NCBI GenBank assembly: GCA_002633005.1
Contig: NMRA01000026.1
Location: 1,041,330-1,105,329, forward strand
Length of the DNA: 64,000 nucleotides
Direction: 5' to 3'
Source of the DNA: Phoronis australis
Lineage: Eukaryota; Animalia; Phoronida
Under the pieces are notes generated by a model, which saw nothing but the letters and a program-made list of their open reading frames with translations, was not told the DNA's origin and searched no databases. The position numbers and the translations under genes were made by a program. This document shows, in pieces, positions 1 through 11,539 of the stretch. How positions within the stretch are numbered: the stretch's first letter is position 1; every line of letters starts with the position of its first letter.

Positions 1-237
1 AGAGAGCTCCATTCAATCGACCAATCAGAGAGCTCCATTTAATTGACCAATCAGAGAGCTCCATTCAATCGACCAATCAGAGAGCTCGATTAAATCGACC
101 AATCAGAGAGCTCCCTTTAATTGACCAATCAGAGAGCTCCATTCAATCGACCAATCAGAGAGCTCAATTCAATTGACCAATCAGAGAGCTCCATTCAACC
201 TATCAATCGGAGAGTTCAATTTAACTGACCAATCAGA
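1..237. repeat. 26-bp minisatellite (AGAGAGCTCCATTCAATCGACCAATC), about 9 copies, truncated by the window start
   Basis: Units start at 1, 27, 53, 79, 105, 131, 157, 183 and 209. Most contain GACCAATCAG and the palindrome GAGCTC. Confidence 0.95.
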
Positions 238-1150
238 AGAATGAAAGGTATGCTGTTAATAGGAAGTGTGAGGCCGTAAAACATCTTCGTGTCTATGGCC
301 TGCATTTCATTGAGTGCTTACCTAAGAACTATCCATACGTTCCTTTTCCTGTGCCTCTCTAGTATTTCGTGAAGTCTTCGTCGGATGAGCTATTGACTGA
401 GTCGGGATTGGCACAGAGCGAGTTGCCATGTAGACGTTAGTATTATTCTGCGTTCTGGTTCAAAATGAATTATTCTCATCCTAACAAATGCTTATATAAA
501 ACTGAACCAAAGTCATTCTAATTAGATACAATTTGTAATGCCTTTGCAGTATTCGTGAGTGCAAATTTTGAGAAGCCAGCCACGTTATCGGCTGAAATTG
601 ATGCCGGCCACAAAGGTAATTGACCGGGCACCGAGGCCATGTGAGCGCATGCTAATTCAGTGTTCGTTGACAGAAAGCTGTTGCGAAGTAATTACTCGAT
701 TTTATATGCTATGGTCACATGTGAGGGGAATGTTTATTTAGAAATACAAATCTGATGGTCTTTGGAAGGGGAGCCCGACTTCGCGGCCCCCAACAAGTAA
801 GTAGATTTTTAGTTTTGTGGCTATTTTCCATTATTTCTTTGGCTCACTGTTATAGTCTTTTCCTGACTTGAGGTTTAGTTTAAAACTTAAGCTGGTTTAT
901 GTTCATGCCAGTCCCGGCGGACGTAACGGGCCTGATTGGGTTCCGAACCACTGGCCGGGATAACAGGCGTTTTGTGTGTTTAGTACTCAAAAAATCATAA
1001 GACTAAACAACACAGTTCTAGGTTCTCCTGTCTGTATCTCCGAACAGACCCCAAACTCCTACTAGTTGGTAGGCTACGGTGTGCAAATACCAATAAATCC
1101 GTAACAGCGAAATAAAAAACACGTTTTTATAAGAACTCTATGTATTTTTA

Positions 1151-1287
1151 AGGGTTTTACATCGAAGTTTGATGATTTATTGGTGTTAAACGATGAATTC
1201 AAGCGATAACCTGACACCTAGGGTTTTACATCGAATTTTTATGATTTATTGGTGTTAAACGATGACTTCAAGCGATAAGCTGACACC
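1151..1287. repeat. 69-bp tandem duplication
   Basis: AGGGTTTTACATCGAA...AAGCGATAA(C/G)CTGACACC starts at 1151 and again at 1220, with few mismatches. Confidence 0.9.
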
Positions 1288-1294
1288 AGTAACC

Positions 1295-2295
1295 CTAGGC
1301 AATTACCATCGCCTCTGTTGGCCCGAACCAGAGGCGATGTAGAGGCTATAGGCGCTCTGTACGCCGGAAGCTTTTCGGCGAATTATGTCTCGCACCGACT
1401 AAACCATCAAAGTCACGTTGTTATAACTACCTTGTGCGCATAGACGAACACCTTAGGAGGTTGTCGATATGTTTAAATTCTTCCAACTCGAACAAATACT
1501 CCCGTTATGAATCTTTTTCTTCGAGCAGTCCCTATTTCAGTTCCCAAAATCGTGAACTCACCATTTTTATACTGCGCACGCTCGGTGATGTGAATTCATG
1601 ACCTCAATCTTTAAATAGGCCAAAGGTGAGCCATTGCGGTCTTTTAAATCAAATGTTCGTTTCCAAAATGCCACCACTTATACTTGTCTTTAATTGGCGT
1701 TACTTTTGAAACTGGTTGTACTTCNNNNNNNNNNNNNNNNNNNNNNNNNNNNNNNNNNNNNNNNNNNNNNNNNNNNNNNNNNNNNNNNNNNNNNNNNNNN
1801 NNNNNNNNNNNNNNNNNNNNNNNNNNNNNNNNNNNNNNNNNNNNNNNNNNNNNNNNNNNNNNNNNNNNNNNNNNNNNNNNNNNNNNNNNNNNNNNNNNNN
1901 NNNNNNNNNNNNNNNNNNNNNNNNNNNNNNNNNNNNNNNNNNNNNNNAAGGGCGGGAACTTCAGCTTTCAAAGTTCGCCGGTAGGTCCGCAACTTCTGAC
2001 CTTCGGCCTGGTTAAAAAAATGAGAAAGTTGATTTCACGATTTTGGGAACTGAAATAGGGACTGCTCGAAGAAAAAGTTTCATAACGGGAGTATTTGTTC
2101 GAGTTGGAAGAACTTAAACACATCGACAACCTCCTAAGGTGTTCGTCTATGCGCAAAAGGTAGTTATAACAACGTGGCTTTGATGGTTTAGTCGGTGCGA
2201 GGCATAATTCGCCGAAAAGCTTCCGGCGTACAGAGCGCCTATAGCCTCTACATCGCCTCTGCTTCGGGCCAACAGAGGCGATGGTCATTGCCTAG
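1295..2295. mobile_element. Foldback/MITE-like non-autonomous DNA transposon with about 265-bp terminal inverted repeats
   Basis: 1295-1560 (CTAGGCAATTACCATCGCCTCTG...) is the near-identical reverse complement of 2030-2295 (...CAGAGGCGATGGTCATTGCCTAG). The centre contains an assembly gap (1725-1947). The target duplication is ambiguous (TA or CTAG). Confidence 0.85.
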
Positions 2296-3021
2296 TGAAT
2301 CATATGATATGGGTTTCTGACTCTGTTAGTGTTAGCCACTCGCTAACGGGCATTTGCCATCAGGTGAATCGTTATCACGCTCATTGGTTTTATCGCAAAT
2401 ATTGGGTTGCTGGTTGGATTCCCGGATCAGGTAATTTTGGCTATTACTTCACTGGCATTTAGGTCACTACATGACATCATTAGGTAAAAAACTAAGTCGA
2501 AGGGGCGAAATATTACTGGTAAGATTGTTTGCGATTTGCTTAGTAGTAACACACTGAACAAGAATTTTCCTGCCATTATTTTGGTTTATGTTCATTTCAC
2601 CAATTGGTGAAAAGCCCTCCGATAATTTACTTAACATTGAAAGAACTTTGAAGGAAAAAGTAGACTTAGAGTCAGAGTCATCAAGTGTTGCTCTTGATTT
2701 ACCTTTGCACAAATTCTTTTGAAAAAAGTTGTAGAGCAGCTGTAATTGGAAAAAGAATTTTAAAGTTTCTGCCTGGCATATTTGTGTGACCTGGATAAAC
2801 GTCGAAAGTTGAAACGTTTTGAGAATATGTGGCCAAGTTGCTGAATGAAGTCTTCTGCAGTTACTCTTGGAGTGAGAAAAACTTGATCAGTTTGCTGCAA
2901 TGCATCTGCACTCACTGTAATGTGTGAACTGATCATTGCTGATCAACTTTTTTGTCATCTACTCTAAGCTGATACCTTTTGTTACATCATGAAAACTGGT
3001 TTATTGTTGAGAGTGCGATTT

Positions 3022-4825
3022 CCGTAATCGTTAGGGTTAACGCCCTGGGCGGTTAAATTGGCGAACCCAAAAAATCGGGGGGCGGTTAACCAAGCAGTGG
3101 GCAGTAAAATCAAAAATCCACCTAAAGTGGGGGATGGGCGGTTAACCGAAAACATGGGCGCTTATTACGACAGACAACCGCCCTGGGCGGTTAATCTTAC
3201 CGGGCGATCTAAATCCCGACACGACAATCGTACTTGGAAGGCGTAGCCCTTTTCAAAGAGCTTTATCGTCACGTCGCCAAATGATTGTGAAAACGTCATA
3301 ACTGCGAATGATCCCAACAAAGGTTCTCTTGCCCTCAGATTAGTCATTCACTATGAAATTTACAAAATTGCTGAGTAATAGCCCCGTGCCGTCCTGCGGT
3401 GCGCAGACGACCAGTCACCACGCAGCCTCCACTAGAATTAAAACTGTTTCAAGATGTGACCCTGCTTAAGTGCGTGCATGCAAGCTTCACGTGTTGCCGA
3501 GGTCAGACATCAAATTTATGGTTACGGTCTCGTACTATATGTAGCTGTCAAGTTCTGAGTCAGAGAGCAGTTTTAAAATTGGTTGTAATAAAAGTTTGAA
3601 AAACTTAACTCTGCTGTTTTTTGTGTTTGGGATGTTATAGTCGACACTCTGTGACTCAGTGACATTTTCAGCGTATGGCTCTGCGGCCAGCTGTCTTATC
3701 TCGACAGCCCGGCATTGCTCTCTTGCCGTTGCGCCAAACATGCTATGCAAAGAAGTAAGACAAGTATCGGGGGTGGTCGAGCCAGTCGTCGATCAAGAAT
3801 AAAATTTCAAGCAACTGCATAAATATGTTACAAAATGTCAGAAAACAGCAATGTTTTAATTCATTATTCTAAACGATCACCTTACCAAACTTCGTGGTGG
3901 AAAAACATTTATTTTTCATGCAAGATGTCCAGATTATCCTATTTATATCACTTGTAATATTGTGCTGCAGCTCTGTTCGGTCCCGCTGTTATCGCGCAAT
4001 GTCTCAGTCGGCTGACAATCGTGACTTGGAAATGCCGTCAAGTAATATAACGGCATCTTTCAGTATGCATCTCATTTTTTTATGGCCAAAGATAGTGGCG
4101 GTATTCAGCACGCACGTTAGGGCCTAGGTGTGAGTCACCTGTCAATCCCATGTTGGTGTCAAGGTAACATGCACTCCAAAGTGTGGGAACTTGCGCACGT
4201 GCACCACTACAAATCAGTCACACATAGCGACAGTCCGACGAAGTAACAAAAACGGGCGTGACTATATACTTTTAAGCTGTTGTTACGAAAGACCCAGTTC
4301 TTTACGATATTNCAATGTCACATTTCTCTGACCTGGTTATTTCGAATGCATCTTTTATATAGTGCACTGTAGTCGATAACTCAGTGCGGCAGAGATTGTG
4401 GCTGAAAGTGGAGGTGTAGACGCCAGCGCGGTTCCTAAAGTTTGCGAACATGAGAAGAAAAGAAAGTGACAAAGTGTTCAAGTATTACATTTTGAAGTTA
4501 ATCGATGACCCGTTACAATAATTTGTTACTGGTATCATAATTCACATTGCTAAACCGCGGTCTCTGAGGCCGTCGTTGCACTCAATGTTATCATCGATCT
4601 TAATCTAAAAGCTCGGGGATTCGCGTTTCCTATTAGCACAGGGTGGTAATCACCAATCGTCAAAAGTAGGGGATGGGCGGTTAACCGAGCAGTGGGCGGT
4701 TAATTGGAAATCTTCAAAAATAGCAGGGGGGCGGTTAACCGAGCAATGGGCGGTTAAATCGAAATTCACCTAAAGTAGGGGGTGGGCGGTTAACTGAGCA
4801 TGGGCGTTAACCCGAACGATTACGG
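3022..4825 (+). mobile_element. Non-autonomous Tc1/mariner-pogo-like element with CCGTA termini and subterminal GGGCGGTTAA repeats
   Basis: Left TIR CCGTAATCGTTAGGGTTAACGCCC at 3022; right TIR GGGCGTTAACCCGAACGATTACGG ends at 4825 followed by TA. Arrays of GGGCGGTTAA lie at both ends. A second family member sits at 35355-36108. Confidence 0.85.
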
Positions 4826-5325
4826 TATTATAAACCTTAAATGGTGAATTAGCCTTAGTTATGATTTATACTTAATTAAATTTGTGTAACCACCACAATT
4901 TCTTCCAATTTCCAATTTTAACGTTAGTCTCTGGTAATGCAACCACACTCCTATTTCTAGGCTCGAATGTTTACCCTCGCACAATTGTATGGACATCTAT
5001 ATCATCATTTCCTCTGAAAGCGAGACTGAGTGACTCAGCATGCACGCTGTTGGACGCTTTGGTTCTTGGGGCTACTGTGGTGCTTGGGGGTTGCCTTCTT
5101 GTGAGTAAGGTGCAGAATTTGAGCCACATTGACTAGATCAGATAGTGTAATTTGTATTTATTGGTTCTGGCCTTAAAACAAAATAATCCTTCAACACACC
5201 CTTTTGAAGTACAATTTCATGTTGACATTGCCTCCAGACGTATTTTCATACTTCTCAACACATCCGTGTATTTTCTGTCTTAATTATTTGTTTGCTGACT
5301 GTCTCGTATATTTATTATGTTGCAG

Positions 5326-5452
5326 AGCCATTCTGAAGAAACGTAAGATGCATGAATATAAGTTAAGGAGACAAACAAAGCACAAAGAAGACTTCATGGC
5401 ATATGTCCAGTATGAAATCAACCTACTGGCTTTGATCAGGAAACGGAGGGAG
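5326..5452 (+). CDS. UTP6: UTP6 coding exon (first one recognised): AILKKRKMHEYKLRRQTKHKEDFMAYVQYEINLLALIRKRRE
   Basis: tgcag| acceptor and |gttagt donor. The peptide matches the UTP6 N-terminal domain motif EYK..RR...KEDF..YVQYEINLL.LI..RR. Confidence 0.93.
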
Positions 5453-6085
5453 GTTAGTAGGGAAGTCGTGTAAACAACAATATTTTTACTGTTTTCATTC
5501 ACGTGTACTTATGTTGTTTTACTTAGTTGAATCCCTCATAGCCTATTTAGATTTTAAATCAATGTAATTGTCGACCTCCGCAGATTTTTTATTCAAGAAA
5601 TCTTATATATGTTCATTTTCAATGCGACCCCCAACATTCATTGCTAGATTTTTATGTACCAAATATGCTAGTTGTTTGGGTCAACTAACAGGTGATTTCC
5701 ATCACATGGCAACCAAGGTCATTTTCAGGCCCTTGATTATTGTGCACCCACATTTTTATGTGTGGGTGCATATTGCTGTCATCTCTGTCTGGACATCCGC
5801 AGCTGTATCTCCTAATCCCTCAGGCGAAGGCAACCTTTTTCCATGTCATTTTGAGCTAAAATAAGGTTGGTTGGTTATCCTAGACATATTTTCCACTTAA
5901 TTACAGCTTTTCGTAATTTTATTAATTACTCGTCCGCTACTCCGGAAGTGACGTTTTAGGAGGCAAGCATTTCGCGCCAATTTTTTTCATATAGTCTGAC
6001 TGTGATAGCTGCCGAGTCAGTCATTGTTCTACCTCGGTTGTGTTAAGTTCCGTCGTAGTTTGCTTTCATTTAATAGTCAGTCAAC

Positions 6086-6469
6086 ATGCCACACTGTTGC
6101 TGCATACCAGGATGTACTAATTATCGGCTCACGCGCGCTTTGGGAGTACCTTTGCATCGCTCTCTGATGGATGACACACTTCGCCGTACTTGGCTCGTTC
6201 GTGTGAAGAACGCAACGTACAAAGCAGTGGAGAATTACCGTGTGTGTGGCAAGCACTTTCTGTCGTCCGATTACGAAAGGGATTTGTATGCTGAACTGAT
6301 GAAGGTCCCTGCGAAACAACGCCTGAAGAAGGATGCCATTCCGTCTGTGTTGATTCCCGGCAGTGCCCCGTCGCCACCCCCGAGAAGTGCGTTTTTGAAG
6401 CGAGAAGCCTCGCGAACTGTGGCCAGTACAGTGACTGGAGCCAGTGGACATAATTTAGAATTGTCGTGA
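6086..6469 (+). CDS. THAP zinc-finger domain, N-terminus of the element's transposase
   Basis: MPHCCCIPGC...W...VCGKHF...LKKDAIPSV shows the C2CH signature, the conserved W/F and an AVPT-like box of THAP domains. Confidence 0.9.
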   Translation: MPHCCCIPGCTNYRLTRALGVPLHRSLMDDTLRRTWLVRVKNATYKAVENYRVCGKHFLSSDYERDLYAELMKVPAKQRLKKDAIPSVLIPGSAPSPPPRSAFLKREASRTVASTVTGASGHNLELS

Positions 6470-6664
6470 GGACTTGACAGGGACCTCAGGGGTCTCACAC
6501 TCCACTGATTTATCCACATTATTTTGAAAACGCTTTGCCCAGTCACACATTGTGTGTCATAAAAGAGATAAGCATCCCTGCAGCTGACGCAGCAAGTAGA
6601 ACTACTCTCGTTTATCACATTGGTGTAGACTCACAGTTGAACTGTGGTTTTCTGTTGACCCCAG

Positions 6665-7138
6665 ACCGTCCGGAGTTGCACCATATACCAACTCCGGACG
6701 GTCTCTCACGACGATTTGGCGTCATGGGCACTTCATCTACTGTCACCCGTGCCTCCGAACGTACCCCAGAGCATGCAATTCCTGGAACCAGTAATGATTC
6801 GCCCTGTGCTGTTTTCTCCAGCCCAGAGCCTCTGAGCAGCCCTCCTGCAGCGATATTGAGTAGTGGGAGTGATTACAGGCCCAGTTCGATACCCAGTGAA
6901 GAGGACAGTTCGTCGTCCAGTGAACAGATTGGTGAGCCAAACTTTGATAAGTTTATTGTGGACTTGTCTAAAGTGTTGGAGCTATTTAGAAGGTGCCAGG
7001 TGTGTGGCGAGGGAGTCACAGGACACGATGTAAGCAGTTTGGGTGCTCAGGTCACCATCCATTGGGAGTGTGTCGCGGGACACTCTGGCAAGTGGGACAG
7101 TTGTTCCTCTGTCTGTGGTATGCTGGAGGTCCACTTAA
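6665..7138 (+). pseudogene. Truncated Kolobok-type transposase segment (Zn-ribbon region before the missing DDE core)
   Basis: KFIVDLSKVLELFRRCQVC...VTIHWECVAGHSGKWDS resembles the FIV...L.ELF..C..C...C..GH...W.S block of THAP-linked transposases. A putative acceptor ccccag ends at 6664. Homology appears to stop near 7138. Confidence 0.65.
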
Positions 7139-7447
7139 CCATGTCCAGTAGTGGCTTGGCCTCGTCGAACTCTGAACAGCACAAGCATTCCATTGAGGTA
7201 GGCATAACAACGCACACAGTGCATTTGCACCAAAATGTCGAGTGTCACCACGTCTGTCCTCAGTAGCCGCCTCGTTTCTCTCAACAGCTGCCTGTGCCTG
7301 TGCGTACTCTGCCTCGTTAAACTCGGGCTCAAACATGTACCCACACACTGAATGTCCGTGAAAAAATTCCTCGTCACCACTGCTGTGAACAAGGTCTCCG
7401 TCACTCACACTACTGTCACTGTGATACGGGTCACCGACTCCAGCCAT
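7135..7447 (-). pseudogene. P2X7-ballast/Nanor/KolX-like Cys-rich accessory protein, frameshifted and 3'-truncated
   Basis: ATG at 7447 gives an acidic N-terminus, GYMFEP and RRGDT. After a frameshift near 7235 it reads FWCKCTVCVVMPTSMECLCCSE, the WC.C..C..MPT..EC.CC.E motif. Confidence 0.75.
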
Positions 7448-9576
7448 TTTCATCTTACAACACACTAAACAATCCCTAAATCCAACGTAGTTGAGTTCTC
7501 TACTAACCTATCTTGCCGCAGAATACTCGCCGATGGAAAGTGATGGCGACAATTGTTGAAAAACAGCACAAAACAAAAGTATCTTAGAACAGATTCGCAC
7601 GGTAAAGTCAACGGAAAACCAAGTGGCGGAAAACGCTTGCCTCCTAAAACGTCACTTCCGGAGTAGCGGACGAGTAATTAATAAAATTATGAAAAGCTGT
7701 AATTAAGTGGAAAATATGTCTAGGATAACCAACCAACCTTATTTTACCTCAAAATGACATGGAAAAAGGTTGCCTTCGCCTTTAATGAGATTTGGCAGAT
7801 GTGTTCTTATGAAGCTGACGACGGATGACGATGAAATTGAGGCCTCTCCTACTACTGGTGTCTCCTAGTGGCAATTTTAGTTTATTATGTCAATCTGTGT
7901 ATCTTTGGAGGTGCCTCTTAGTGGCAGTTTTGTTTGTTTTTGCGTCCGTGGCTGTATCTCCTAAACGCTCTACAGAATCGTGCAAGTGTATTTATTTGAA
8001 GTTGACAACAGATGGCGATGACTTTAGGACAGATCTGCCTACCAGTGTGCCCCCTAGTGTCAGTTTTAGTTTTGTTACTTTTACCTCTGTAGCTTCAAAG
8101 GTTCTCAATGCATTTTCATCAAATTTGGCAGATAGGCATCTACATGTATGAGTGAGGTGACGTTATCCTCTTGGTTTCAGATCGATTCGAGGTATTTTAT
8201 GCCACCTAGTGGCCATTTTTACTGTTTTTGAGTCTGCTTTTAACATCTGCCCCTCTTTCAACCATATCACTTAAGGATGATTATGGAAATTGGCATGTAT
8301 GTTCCCAATGTGAAGAGGACGACTGATAAGGATTTTTAGACAACTTCAACTACTGTGGCGCCTCTCAGTGGCAGTTTGTTTTTTACGCCTATGGCTGTAA
8401 CTCCTAAACCTTCTACAGGATCTTTATAAAATTTAGCAAGTGTATTTATATGAAGCTGACAATGAACGATGATGACTTTCAGACGAATTTGACAAACACT
8501 GTGCTCCCTAGTGGCAATGACATTTTTTCCATTCCCTCTGTTTTTTTTGAAGCTGTTTGTCAGATTTTTATGAAATATGGTAAGTAGCTTTCAATTGAAA
8601 CAATGGCATGTTCCTGTTTTCAGATGAATTCAACACGTTTTGTGCCATTGAGTGGTCGTTTATTCTGTGTTTAGATTGTTTTTGACAACCGCCCCCTCTA
8701 TTAACGAAGGCACTCCAATTCTAAGGATGATTTGAAAAGTAATATATGTTCTTAGTGTGAAGAGGATGGTTGACGATGATTTTCCGATGACTTCAACTAC
8801 TATGGCACCTCCAAATAGCAGTTATGTTTTTTGTGCCCATAGACTCCTAGTGGCAATTTCATTTTTTTCTGTTTTCCTCGGTTTCTCTCCTTGACAGATT
8901 TGTATGAAATATAATAATGACATATAGTTCTCGGATGGATTCAATGTATTTTGCTCCATCTAGTGGCCACTTTTATGATACAAATAAACCCTCCTAGAAG
9001 CACACTGTTTGCAGTGCAGTCGTGGGCGCATTTCAATGCTCCACGTTGCTCTTCTTGGTTCTTTTGTGTGCTGAAGTATATTTTCTCGGATTTTTATTTT
9101 CCTTTGTGCAATGAAGATATTAGCCATCAAAAATGAAGGGTAACTTCCTAAAACTGTTTTGAAGTGGTGATATATTAACGTCATGTCTAAGATGTGTTGG
9201 TTCTCTTTACACCGGCCTTTCACCTATTTACATTGGCTCAACATGGTGTTGTAGCATTCTCAGAAAGACTGGCCCGGGTATCTGTAAATGAAGACTTGAG
9301 ACACTGTTTAATGTCTGTTGTTTGGGACTGAATAAAAATCTTAGGCATGGCTCAGTGTATATTGGCAGCAAAAATGTTTAGTTCAAACGTCACCTGCAGT
9401 TTAAGGTTTTTAGCGAGAAATGATGCTTTTCTCAAAAAAATGGCAAAGACATCACGAAATTTATATTTTTATAGGTTGAAGATAAGGAGCTAAAAGTTAT
9501 TTGATAAGGTATGGAAGGACTTCATGAAGGTTGACATTAATTTCAAATTATAAGGACAATACTGTTTTGTTTTCAG

Positions 9577-9669
9577 AGCACTGGCTACAGTTTTAAGAAA
9601 TTGGAAATTGATATTGCTATCGTCCAGAGGATTCATAAGCTGTTCAAAATGGCTGCTTTCAGATTTCAG
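9577..9669 (+). CDS. UTP6: UTP6 exon: STGYSFKKLEIDIAIVQRIHKLFKMAAFRFQ
   Basis: tttcag| and |gtaagc; 93 bp, phase 0/0, in frame with its neighbours; carries the GYSFKK.EI motif of UTP6. Confidence 0.93.
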
Positions 9670-11320
9670 GTAAGCTGCAACACACAGTTGTTATCATTTT
9701 GATCCAAATGATGACATTTGTTAATGTCCTTGGAACATACCATTATTTATTTTCACCGGTCTTAATATTAACAAAATAAAAATAACTTTGTGATACAAGG
9801 TAATTGTCTGGAATGGAATTACTGCATATTTTCACTCTCAAATTTAGAAATTATGCATTAACAGCAGAAATTTTTCATAGTCAATTTTCACTTAATGCTA
9901 CCATATAACTTTAGTTTCCTGGAAAGTCTTGTATCCCATTAATTTTAAATAGGTGATTTTTTAAAGGATGTAAACAACAATTCTGATGGTATAAAATAAT
10001 ACAGCTACTCAACTACAGATACTTCATTTTCCAAAATTGGTTCATAAATAAGAAAGGGGATTTTTAGATGTTCCAATATGATGCTTCAGGGTGCATTGTC
10101 TTTATAAACATATTGGGGACCGCTTCAAGTTCAATGACTCGTATAATGTAACCATCATTTTCCTATGCCATCACCACATCAAAGATGAAACTCCTATTTT
10201 CATTTGTTTTCTTGTTTACTTAAAAACATAAAAATCAAGATTCCCACAAGGTGGCCATTGAACAAATTTGGCCCCAAAGCATTTACACTTGATTGTAAGT
10301 AAATATTCATGAAGGAAATGTAATTTTTTTGCACAATTTTAAATTGAGTTTTACCCACTCATCCTTGTTTGACATCATCAAGCAGGATATGTAGTGTTAA
10401 GAATAAATTTTATCTTCATAAAGGTCTTCTGACATTGACTATGGCTCATGTTTCACGATGAAAATAGATTTCAGTTGTAAACATGATCATTTCCATGTGT
10501 TTCGACATCAGTCCAACTCGTTCATCTCGCCAACTTCATGTTCAAATATTTTGATATTCATTAACAAATGATCAGATAACCACTAAGTAGAGTATAGTAA
10601 CATATTATTTGAAAAGCACAAGCCAGGCCTATTTCAGCGAAATCGACTAGAGTAATCAGTATCAAGGGGGTAGAAATCGTCAGTGTCATCTGACGACTCC
10701 AGCGGTGATGTCACCGCCCTTTTGATTTCTGAATAAAGTTAGCCTGCTTATTCTCAGCCATACAAGTTTATTTCAATATAAATGTCACTGGTATGATATG
10801 CACTGGTCCAAAACTACAACCTTTTAAAGTTCACACCCCAAAAACTGACAATGTTCTGATTGGAAAAATATACATACAAGTCGTCGGCTAAAGAACTCTG
10901 GTTTATGTTTGTGCTTGCTATGTGAGAACAGGTAGCTTCGTGTAAATGCACCGATGTTTTTAAAATGCAATTACTTATTTCATGGTGATGACTCACTATG
11001 ACAAAACTCAACCAGCCGGTAACTTCATCAAAAAAGTTAATTAATCTTTTATCATTACTTTTTAGACGTCCGATATTAATGTGAATTGTATCGTTAGAAA
11101 GCTTGTGAATATGTTTTTGCTGGTAAATGAAATAAAACCATGTCACAAGAGAGGTGTGAAAATCTACGTTTTTGTGGTTGACCAGCCATTTTCACATGAT
11201 TACTAGACGTACTTGAGGTATCTATTTAAAATGAATGATTAGTTTTTATAACATCAACCCAATGCAGTAGTTCTGCAAGTGTCAAATTCTTTTTGATTGT
11301 AAATCCTTATTTTTTCACAG

Positions 11321-11368
11321 GAAGATGTCAACATCTGGTTGTCGTATATTGAGTTCTGCAAGAAACGA
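11321..11368 (+). CDS. UTP6: UTP6 exon: EDVNIWLSYIEFCKKR (HAT repeat)
   Basis: ttcacag| and |gtaagt; 48 bp; matches DV.LWLSY..FCKK. Confidence 0.92.
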
Positions 11369-11539
11369 GTAAGTCACAAGTTACATTTTAATTTTGTTAA
11401 ATATGATGCAGTTTTGGTTCCAAACTAACTTTAATCCAGCGTACTCATAAAACACCTCTGTCTGGTCATTTGCAATCAATCTGTGTCCTAATGTTGAATG
11501 AGAACTTTATGCTCACAGTCAGTTTCACAATTCAAGATA

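Larger units (their letters stand above)
5822..7781 (+). mobile_element. Kolobok-like DNA transposon, internally deleted (non-autonomous)
   Basis: 147-bp TIRs (5822-5968 and 7635-7781, 2 mismatches seen), AG...CT ends and TTAA immediately 3' (7782-7785). It carries a THAP ORF and a transposase N-terminal fragment on +, and a convergent Cys-rich ORF on -. Confidence 0.85.
5737..9056 (+). mobile_element. Helentron-associated/DINE-1-like element (HINE) copy 1, interrupted by a Kolobok-like insertion at 5822-7781
   Basis: 5' subTIR GTGCACCCAC with adjacent inverted copy GTGGGTGCAT; internal degenerate tandem subunits of about 145 bp; 3' subTIR GTGGGCGCAT followed by an imperfect hairpin (CAATGC...GTTG) and CTCTTCTT. 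Confidence 0.75.

Noticed and set aside
1684-2058. ORFs spanning N runs (also 35401-35691)
   Set aside because: They are artefacts of assembly gaps.
1-5325. UTP6 first coding exon (MAE..Q...E...PELE-like)
   Set aside because: No matching peptide was found by eye; it is probably upstream of the window or in the gap.
6535-7266. 243-aa ORF as an intact gene
   Set aside because: It has a non-ATG start, and its C-terminal part is the antisense of the accessory gene, so it is a deletion chimera.
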